This document shows, piece after piece, positions 54,434 to 64,000 of a DNA stretch of 64,000 nt. A model generated the notes under the pieces. It was given only the letters and a program-made list of their open reading frames with translations, did not search any database and was not told where the DNA came from. Each line of letters begins with the position of its first letter. Position 1 is the first letter of the stretch. The DNA is from Ancylonema sp. (lineage: Eukaryota). The position numbers and the translations under genes are program-made. The DNA lies in contig JBFLGF010000099.1 of assembly GCA_050230475.1 (NCBI GenBank), positions 1 through 64,000 on the forward strand. The letters run 5' to 3'.

Positions 54434-57400
54434 ATGGCTGGTAATGAGTGGATTGGAGGCTACTTGGATGCAATTTTGGACACGGGAGTTGCTCTGGATG
54501 AGAAAAAGAAGAAGAGTGATATTGAAGAGGGGAAGGCAGCGGCTGCCAAGTACTTCGTTTCAGAGTTGACAGAGTCGAACGAGTTCGATCTCCATCGGAC
54601 ATGGATGAAGGTAAGTTCGTAAACGAAGCTGCTCTTTGTGTGGTGTCTGCTGTGGCTAACGGTTGACGGCATGGAATGCAGGCCACTGCCACGAAGAATA
54701 CTCAGGCTCGGAGCTCAAGAGTGGAGAATTTCTGCTGGCGAATCTGGCACATGACCAGGAAGAGGAAGCAGGTGAATGCATGTTCGCTTGCATGTTCCTT
54801 CTTGCCCATCCTCTGCCACCTGATCCGCTGAATTCTGTTCGAGCAGATGCAATGGGAGGAAGCCCAGCGTCTTGCGCATCGGGCTGTAGAGTTAGAGGAG
54901 GGCCGGCTGGACATGGCCAGCGATATACCAGGGGAGACACCGGAGGAGCTCGAGGACGACGATGCTCCACATGATACCCTTTCGCCGCTTGCCCCAACAT
55001 TAGGAGCAGCGGCAGCGGCTAATGCAGCTATCACGAAGTCGTCTGGAGAAGAGCCTGAAAGAAAACTGTACATGGTTCTTATAAGGTACTGAACTGTTGT
55101 GGGTCTGTCAGGACATTATTGCTGTAGGCGTTGGCTGAACTGGAGCTTGGGTGACGGGATCGCAGCTTGCATGGTTTGGTTCGTGGGGAAAACATGGAGT
55201 TGGGCCGAGACTCAGACACAGGGGGTCAGGTATGATGTCTTACCGAGGAACTCTGATTGGCACCCAAGGCAAGGCTGACGCAGCACCCATTCGATGTTCC
55301 AGATTAAGTATGTAGTCGAGTTCGCACGAGCTCTAGCTGCTCTACCCCAGGTCTACAGGGTGGATCTCCTCACGCGCCAAATCATGTCCAAGGAGGTGAG
55401 GGTCCACTCACTAGAACGATAGACCCCGAACTTAGCTTTGAGCTGACAGGGCCAGCTCCCGTCTATTACTCCAGGTTGACTGGAGTTATGGGGAGCCCAC
55501 GGAAATGCTGAGCACTCTGGATGACGAGGGGGGGGGTGAAAGTGGAGGCGCCTACATTGTCCGCATCCCCTGTGGACCCCGAGAAGAATATGTCCGCAAA
55601 GAGCTGCTCTGGCCGTACGTCCCCGAGTTCGTGGATGGAGCTCTGGCCCACATTGTTCACATGTCGCGTGTCTTGGGCGAGCAAGTTGGTGGAGGCGAGT
55701 CGGTATGGCCCCACGTCATCCACGGCCATTACGCGGATGCAGGGGACATAGCCGGGCTGCTTTCTGGGGCCCTTGGGGGGCCCATGGTGCTGACTGGTCA
55801 CTCATTGGGAAGGAACAAGCTGGAGCAACTGCTGAAACAGGGGAGGCAGTCGCCTGAGGACATCAACAACACCTATAAAATCATGCGCAGGATTGAGGCG
55901 GAGGAGTTTGCCATCGACTCTTCCGAGCTGGTGATCACCAGTACCCGCCAGGAAATCGACCAGCTGTGGGGGCTGTACGACGGCTTTGATGTGACGCTGG
56001 AGCGTGTCCTGCGGGCAAGGCAGCGGAAGGGGGTGGGCAGCTATGGACGGTACATGCCAAGGATGGTGGTAAGCATGTGCACCTGCCAGTTGAGGGAAAT
56101 GTTTATGTGATCCCGGGGCGGTGGAATGACATGGTGACCTGTGATTGGGGGATTCAGGTTGTTCCGCCGGGCATGGATTTCAGCAATGTGGTGAAGGAAA
56201 GTGAGGAGGAGGAAGGTGTGGAGGCAGGGCCAGAACCCCCTATCTGGGCACAGGTGATTGGGATCCCACCCTCGCTGCAACTGGTAACAGAGGGGAGTGA
56301 TTGACAGCGGTGGTGGGGATGGGGAGAGCAGGTGATGCGGTTTTTCACGAATCCGAGGAAGCCGATCATTTTGGCGCTCGCCCGCCCTGATCCCAAGAAG
56401 AATCTGGTGACATTGGTGAAGGCATTCGGGGAGTGTGCCCCGCTGCGTGAACTGGCCAATCTGGTGAGGCTTGTGCTGTGTGAAATACGAATCAGGATTG
56501 ACGGTCTCGGTTCGTATCTGAAGAAAGAAAGAAAAAAAATTCCTTCGTGCATAGCAAATTTCAATACTACTCTCAACTCAAATACCTTTAAATGTGAAGC
56601 TAAACACTCCACAAACAAACTATGATCTGGAAAAGCTGGATTTTGGTAGCCGGTGACAAGCCACATCATTGATTGAACTAGTATGGCGTGCATCATACAT
56701 TATTGAAAATTTGATATGACATGTAACACGTCTTTGAGAAATGGTAGGGAAAGAATGAGAAAAGATGGAGCACATTTAAGTTGAAGCTCTGTGCACAAAT
56801 AACAGAGCTGGGTCCTGACCCTCCCCGGCCCCCTGGTTGCCAGGTGCTGATCATGGGTAACCGTGACGACATTGATGACATGTCCAGCGGCAACGCGGAG
56901 ATCCTCACCACTGTCTTGAAGCTCATCGACCGCTACGACCTGTACGGCCAAGTGGCCTACCCCAAGCACCACAAGCAGCACGAAGTGCCTGAAATCTACC
57001 GCCTGGCAGCGAAATCCAAGGTACTGCCCCACCTGCCGCGCACCCCCCCACCCCCCTCCCCAACCTTCCGTCGCCCTTCCATGCTCTTCCTGTTGTCAGG
57101 GGGTGTTTGTGAATCCTGCTCTGGTGGAGCCCTTCGGGCTCACCCTCATTGAGGCCGCCGCGCACGGCCTCCCCATGGTCGCCACCAAGAATGGTGGACC
57201 CGTGGACATCCAGAAGGCTCTGGACAACGGAACACTGATCGACCCCCACGACCAGCAAGGGATTGCGTCTGCCCTCCTGGACATGGTGTCCGACCGGTCT
57301 CGGTGGGTGCAGTATCACGAGAACGGGCTGAAGAACATACACTGCTACAGCTGGCCGGAGCACTGCCGCAAGTACCTGGGGAGAATAGCGCAGTGCCGCA

Positions 57401-58854
57401 TGAGGCATCCGCAGTGGAGGGGGGACGCGATGATGGACTTCACGGACACGGACTCGCAGGGGGATTCGTTGAGAGATGCACGCGACCTCTCCTTGCGTCT
57501 GTCGGTGGACGGGAAGAGTCTGAACAGTCCTGCGGACCTGGACCGGATTCTGGGGGAGTTTGAGGCGGCGTCGCAGCTCAGCCGCCGCGCAGCGGGCAGC
57601 AGGAGCACGGGGCTGCAGCCAATGAAGGAGGAGGAGGGGGAAGAGGACGCGCAGGACGTGCACACCATCCTCAGGGGGGTGGCGGCGACCAGCGGCACAA
57701 ACCTGAGCAAGCGGAGGGGGCTGGTGGTGGTGGCTCTGGACTACTACGAGGAGGGGGGGGAGGCCGGGAAGATTATGGCAGAGACTTTGAAGGCCGCTTT
57801 CAAGGCCATCGAGGAAGCAAAGCTGCAAGGGGTTGGGGTTGCACTCGCCACCGCGCTGACGGGGGCAGAGACTGCAGCGCTGCTCACAGAGGCTGGCCTG
57901 GGGCTGGGGAGTTTGGACGTGGTTGTGGCAGGCAGTGGGAGTGAGGTGTACTACGTGGTGAAGACGACGGGGGAGGGGAAGGGGCCGCTGGCGGATGGGG
58001 AGGGGAGGTATCTGGTGGCGGATCTGGACTACGTGAACCACATTGATTACCGGTGGGGGGGGGATGGGCTGCGGAAGTCAATGGCACGTGTCATTGCCGC
58101 CACGCGGGAAGGGGGGGATGTGCAGCCCTCGGGGCTGGCAGAAGATGCGCAGAAAAGCAACTCGTTCTGCCTCACCTACAGAGTCGTGGATCCTGCTCAG
58201 GTTTCACTCTCTGCCCAAGGGCACTGCTCTCCCACACGTGTGCGTCCGCAGGGGTTCTGAACTCGGATGAGTGGCGCATGCAGGCACCGTCCACGATGGA
58301 GCTGCGGAAGCGGCTGCGCATGAGAGGGCTGCGTTGCCACGTGGTCTACTGCCGGAATGCCACAGCGCTTCACCTTGTGCCTCTCCACGCCTCACGACCG
58401 CAGGCAATGAGGTCAGCTCCCAAGGAAGGAAGTGCGGCTGAGGCTGCTTATTTGGAACCTTTTTGGAAGTTTCAGAACATAAGTTCTGTTGTCTTGAATT
58501 AACATGTGTGATACACTCGAGTACTGTGGTGCTCCCGACATCAGGGAAAAGCGCGCACACAACAATCTAAATCCGTGTGTGTGCTGCAACAGGTATCTGT
58601 TTGTGAGGTGGGGTCTGGACGTGAGCAAGATGGTGCTGCTGCTGGGGCCAATGGGCGATGGGGACCACGTGGAGATGTTGTCTGGAACTCACAAAACTCT
58701 GTTGCTAGAGGAGCCACTCCCTTCGTGCGACATGGTGAGACGCAGCCTTATGACGACCACGGAGGATGCCTCCTCCGCAGAGGCACCGAACGTGGTGAGC
58801 GTGAAGAATATGCAAGGCGTGGGAGAAGCTTTGAAGGCCCTTAAGTTTGATTAA
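54434..58854 (+). CDS. SPS: Sucrose-phosphate synthase, 1050 aa
   Basis: Exons 54434-54610, 54682-54771, 54847-55085, 55166-55229, 55303-55395, 55475-56068, 56158-56253, 56332-56463, 56844-57020, 57100-58200, 58284-58411, 58593-58854. Motifs [50 protein letters not shown] and a C-terminal SPP-like domain. Confidence 0.97.
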
Positions 58855-60172
58855 TGACAAATAAAAGGTCGCAACCAATAAACTGTAGCATGGGGGAACG
58901 AGAAGAAGTTGTGTTACTTTGACTGTAGAATGTAACTAGATAAGAATTCTGGGTCAACCATGCTTGTGATGTAGCGAATGACACCGAATATGTGTTTTTT
59001 ATTGATCCTAGAAGTAGACAATTTGATTGACGCCATCAATGGAGTCTTCGAATTTGTAACATAATAATAAATGTCATTTGTTCACAATGTCCTCGACAAA
59101 TAAAAGAAACTCATGTGTAAACATAATTGGGTGGGCTTTTATGTTTTGTGTTATTTTGCTTCAAATTGATGTTTTGCCTAAACATGAATTGAGAGTTATG
59201 TAAAAAAAAACCAGTGCAAACGGAGTTGAATTAGCGTCCATAAAGATAACTTCAAGGGATTGCAAAATATGTGGTAATTAACTCCGAAAACACAGACCAA
59301 CCGGCTGTCACTCAATGATGATTGTGAAGCAACACGCACTCAAATACCACTACATGTTGGAATGAGATGGAACATTGTAAAAGATGTTTGCAAGACCGTT
59401 CAATTTCGTGTGCTTGTTAAATCTCACACAAACAAGTGAATGTGTTTAAGTGCGAGATATTCTACACGTGTACATGGATACTACATTAATGATGCAGCGC
59501 AACTGCCGAGTGCATAGTTGGCATCGGACATGCCCACGACATGCCCGAGCTCGGACACATCCGGGACACGTCTCGTCTTGCCAATAAAAATGCCCTAAAT
59601 ATCGTCCTTAAAGTAATGCCTAGACAAATGGTGTCCGGTGTGAGTGTTACCATCATCCATGATGCCCTCGTTACACCAATAGCTTCAATCTTCTGAATCA
59701 AACTTATTCACCACATGCCATACACACATGCCATACAATAGAGTCGAGTCTTGATTGCAAAGAGTCCGATTGATTATTATGTCGGCCGCAACTTGGCCTA
59801 AGTAAACATGCCTTGTCGGATGTATCGTTCTAACGAATATTTACTAAAATATATAGCAAGAAGGCTTGTCGATACAACGAATATTCTCAATACAACAAAG
59901 TTTATAGCCAATTCTCACATCCGGGACAAATGCGGGACATGTCTCGGACAACCTTGTCCGGGACGCCACTGGTCACCATTGGGACTTGGTTAGAACGCGT
60001 GAAGGAATACCCAAACACGGTGGCAAATAGGTTGACTTAGGTGGCCAAATGTCACCGCGTGCTAAATAGACTGGCAACTACATAATTTCACAAGCAATTG
60101 AGAAGAAAATCACAACCATAACCTAAACAAATGTTGACTTATCACCGATGTATGCACACATACAATTGGTGG

Positions 60173-60256
60173 CATATTTGGGCCCGATCCGATCGGACTA
60201 CTTTCGATCCGGCGTCGATCTGGATAGTGGATCGGGATGGATCGGGCCGAATTGTT
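60173..60256. mobile_element. 84-bp decayed hAT MITE related to 7984-8093
   Basis: CATATTTGGGCCCGATCC...GGATCGGGCCGAATTGTT with near-TSD ATTGGTGG/ATTGGTTG. Confidence 0.65.
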
Positions 60257-60717
60257 ATTGGTTGTATACAGGTTCACTGTCGTAGCGGTCGCGCTCGTGC
60301 ACTTGTGCTAGTGGTTCTACCCGTTATAGGCGAGACAAATTAGCGGTTACCTTAGACCAAGCCGGACCATGCCTACTTATTGTGGCGATCTGTGCCTGCT
60401 TGTAGCGTAGTAGTCAAGAACCCGAAAGCGAGACACCCATCCGCAGGCCACAAGCTTTGATTGGTGCTCTTATGATTGTTTGATGACCTTGTGGTCCTAT
60501 TTGGCTTTGACAAATAACAACCGTTCGCACATATTAGGCACGTCTCGCTTGTCGTTGCGCCCTCTTAGTCGGGAGGGGTTGTCATGTACTATGCCCTTTA
60601 TAACATGCTTATGTACCCAAACTCCGGCACTTTAAACGTTTCAATGTTTGTTTCTTACATTAGATGTACTTAGGGCAAAGAGGAGCCAATGGACCGACTA
60701 CCTCAATGACCTTGCGC

Positions 60718-60987
60718 CATAGTTGGGCGCACACACCTAAAACCGCGCACATGTTCGGAAATGTGCGCGATGCACCCATGATCGGAACATGTGCGCTCAA
60801 CCCCGCGCACATATGCGCGCCCCAAAACTAAAAAATACTTAGGATAAAAATACTTTAAATACTTACTACTATGTGGCAGCTTATAACTTACAACTTCGTC
60901 ATGATTCAAATTTGGATTTTGCTAGGAGGTGCGCATATGTTCGGAACGTGTGCGCCAAACCCGCGCAGATGTGCGCGCCCAACTATG
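60718..60987. mobile_element. 270-bp hAT MITE, CATAGTTG family
   Basis: TIR CATAGTTGGGCGC / GCGCCCAACTATG with perfect 8-bp TSD CCTTGCGC. Confidence 0.92.
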
Positions 60988-61125
60988 CCTTGCGCACACA
61001 AAAACAACTTTGATCACTCGATGCAAGACGGTTGCTCCAATGTTACCCACAAATCTCAAAATGAACATGCCAAGTTTGCATGTTCATGTTCATTGTGTTG
61101 GCATTGCCAACACACAAGATGACTA

Positions 61126-61352
61126 CTGTACTGGCCACTTATAATGACTCTCAAATAATTATGAAAAGGGTGGGTCGGGTCAAATCAACTAATTAAAAAT
61201 TTCAAAAAAGTGGGTCGTTCTATAATGTGGGTCGCCACATAATAGGATTTTGGGCAATTTTATATTGGGTGAGCGGGTTGGGCCAAGTGGTGATTTCTCG
61301 GCTAAATTATTTCGTTTTTAAAAACCCAGGTCATTATGTATGGGCACTGCGG
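61126..61352. mobile_element. About 230-bp MITE (copy 3 of the 5929 family)
   Basis: TA|CTGTACTGGCCACTTATAATGAC...GGTCATTATGTATGGGCACTGCGG|TA, colinear with 5929-6167. Confidence 0.85.
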
Positions 61353-61985
61353 TATTCGGATACACACTGTGCGACATATGTGACACTCTAATAAAAATAT
61401 AAGTTCAATGACTCTTATCATAATTTTCCCCGAAAATTATTTCGACAATAAATATGTTCTCGTAACAAATCTTTGCGTGGACTGACTAAAAAACCACGTG
61501 ACAAGACCTTAGTGGGGGTGGGGTGCCCTGATCGAATTTTGTCTCCGCACTCGACATAGAAACCCGAACTGGCAATTTTTTTACAACCGAGGTCGACCAA
61601 GGTCTGAGGTTGGGACCGGGTACATTATACCAAGGAATCGGCAAGTGTACAAAATCCTTCACCTTGCTTATTAAACGTAGATCTATGACACAGTTGATAA
61701 GTGAGAGGAGAAACACAAGACATCCACAACCAATTGCTAATGGGAGGTGGAGTTGCTCAATCACGTTCTTCGTCCAATCCAGCGCCCCCACGAGAATTCA
61801 CTTGCGATTCCACCCGATCAAATCAAACAACTAAAATCTGGCGAGAGTACACCCCAATGCTAATCCCAATGCATTCCCACCTGTACCTTCTATTCCAGTT
61901 CTACATTCACACAACCACCACAATCACTAGAGAGGTTGATACAATGTACACACCTTCGGTTTCACCAGAATTGTACACTCCCTCT

Positions 61986-63970
61986 CTACCCGGTCGAGTG
62001 AAACCATCGTTTTGCAAAATTGAGAGGTGTCTCGAGGAAGGGAGCAACTCGGTGGATCACCGGTTCTACTTTCACCCCAATCCCCCTCCATGCCATTCGA
62101 TGCAGATACGAGGTAGCGGGGCTGTGGAACTTGAGCTTCAAAAGCTGCAACACAATCGTCGGAAGAACAACACACGACATTAGTTGTGAGGCGATGGAAT
62201 TGCCTACCTACAGCTATAGCTTTAGCTATAGTTGTTGCTCTTGCTCTTGCTACAGCTATTGCTACAGCTATTGCTACAGCCATTGCTACAGCTATTGCTA
62301 CAGCCATTGCTACAGCCATTGCTACAGCCATTGCTACAGCTATAGCTACAGGGACCTCAGAAGTCCTTCTCACCTGCCAATAGAGAAGCGTGGGAATCAG
62401 AGTTCTGGAAGGCCTGCGCAGAAGGGAGAAAAAAAAAGTGGCTTGAGTTGGCAGCCAGTGGAACAGTGGATGAGGTTGGGGGATGGGGAGAGGACTCACG
62501 TGAAAAGAAAGAAGATGAGAAGAAAACCCAACGACAACTCTGAACTCGTCCCCGCCCCTTGCAGCTCAACTCGGTTTTGGTCGACAAAGTGACACCCCTT
62601 CTCCAAATACTGCCTGCAAGTGATGAACCAAACATCAAACACCCCCTCTTACCCTGAACCTGAACCTGAACCTGAACCTGAACCTGAACCTGAACCTGAA
62701 CCTGAACCTGAACCTGAACCTGAACCTGAACCTGTACCTTAAACTGGACCTGATGTAGAATGGAAGGGGGATATGGGGATAATACGGACCTGTACAGAGG
62801 AGCAGCGTTGAAGTGGCGTTGCATATGTTGTGCAACTGCCACAGCTGCCGTGAGGGCGGGAGGCACCACGGCCACTACAAACAAACAAAAAAAAAAGGAT
62901 AATTAAATATGGATTGGAAAAGGAGAGAGAGGGATAAAGTATGAGGGGGATTTGTTCTTACATGCAACTGGGCGTGGCATGGCAAAGAAGATGGCGGCGT
63001 GAAGGAGGCTTGGGAACTCTTGACCAGCGAGCACGGGCTGAAGCCATGCCTTGAGCATCCCCCACTTGAAGGGAGAGGGAGGCACCTGTTGCCCCAACCC
63101 CCAACCGTCACCGCTGCTCTGGTCTTGATGCCCAGCTCAAGAGGTAGGGGATGGTCTTACCCCTCGCTGCTGCCCAATTCCGATGAACGAGGATGCCAGA
63201 CTCCCAAGCAGCGCCCAGCGGAAGGCCCTGAACCCGATGGCTTGTGGCGTGAAGGGGAAGATGGCGACCAAACCCATGACCAGAACCTGCGGAAATGCGC
63301 AAAGTGCTGAGCATCGTAACTTTCCGACCGCGAGTGACTGCACACTCCTTACCAGAGCATTTGCGAGGAAGATTGCCGTCGAGAAGTCGATCCGAGAAAG
63401 GAAACCGGTACCCCCTGCAACCCGTGGGTCTGCCGCATCAGGATTTCACCACGTCGACACTGAAGTGGATCTGCTGTGCCACATACTGCTCTGGGCCGCT
63501 GCGGGCTGGGACGGCGCTGTTCTGCAAGGGGCTTCTGACGGGCGAGGAGCAGCGGTGGAAGTAGAGGCCCCAGAGGAAGATGCTGACGGTGGGGACGCAG
63601 ACTGCCGAGATTGCTGGATCTCGAAATCAGGATCCTGCCACAATCAAAGTGCAATCGTAGCGAGGATTGATGTTGCATTAAGGCTCCAAAGACAGAAGAA
63701 CCGGGGCATTAAATATTAAGTTTCTCGTTGAAAATCTTACTATGTGCTGCTTGTAGAACTTCTGCTTGTATCGCTCCAAGACAGAAGCTTCATTTCGGCC
63801 AGGGGGGATAGTAAGATTGTTCTGCAGCATACAAAACAAATCGTCGGTACCAGTGGGACAATCAAGGTGCTTCTTTTCAGAAACGAGAAGCACACCTTGT
63901 ACTCTAGCCACTGCGCATTCCTTTCAAAGTCGAATGATCCGAACGCAGCTTGCCGGTCCGGTGGGGCCAT
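61986..63970 (-). CDS. TMEM33: TMEM33/Pom33-family ER membrane protein, about 337 aa
   Basis: Exons 63970-63896, 63821-63741, 63634-63487, 63414-63353, 63286-63161, 63085-62962, 62874-62790, 62613-62500, 62413-62374, 62144-61986 join in frame. FDFERNAQWLEY..IPPG..YKQKFYKQHIDPD and LYWQLLKLKFHSP..HRMAW match plant TMEM33 homologs as I recall them. Confidence 0.88.
62209..62350. repeat. 12-bp minisatellite (GCTACAGCYATT)n in the last TMEM33 intron
   Basis: Directly visible, with degenerate flanking units. Confidence 0.93.
62653..62730. repeat. (CCTGAA)13, i.e. (TTCAGG)13 on the gene strand, in TMEM33 intron 7
   Basis: 13 perfect hexamers followed by two degenerate units. Confidence 0.96.
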
Positions 63971-64000
63971 CTGAAACAAAGTCAACTGAAGTCCTAGCGA

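Noticed and set aside
56923..58041. 372-aa minus-strand ORF
   Set aside because: Antisense shadow of GC-rich SPS exons.
61927..62884. ORFs with VAMA/YSHC/QVQV repeats
   Set aside because: Products of intronic repeats in TMEM33.

Overview
Eukaryotic nuclear DNA from a green plant. The compact GT-AG introns and plant-type genes suggest a non-flowering streptophyte, but the species cannot be determined from the sequence. Five spliced host genes are present: a CYP710-type P450 (5' part only, minus strand) head-to-head with an NDR1/HIN1-like LEA_2 gene, then VPS4/SKD1, sucrose-phosphate synthase and TMEM33/Pom33. Dense nested transposon islands separate them (about 5.9-40.7 kb, 43.5-54.1 kb, 59.5-61.4 kb). 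The islands hold two decayed Copia elements, a full-length chromoviral Gypsy inserted into a CRE-like non-LTR element, solo LTRs, a hAT transposase fragment and many hAT and Tc1/mariner-type MITEs. Best leads: (1) a 3.6-kb LTR element with non-TG ends and an unrecognised 512-codon ORF; (2) an extra, possibly adenine-methyltransferase-like, domain in the chromovirus pol frame; (3) a perfect 184-bp palindrome centred on (TA)69; (4) a MITE inserted into both TIRs of its own older copy; (5) an SPS lacking the three known regulatory phosphosites. All calls were made by eye and no database searches were run.
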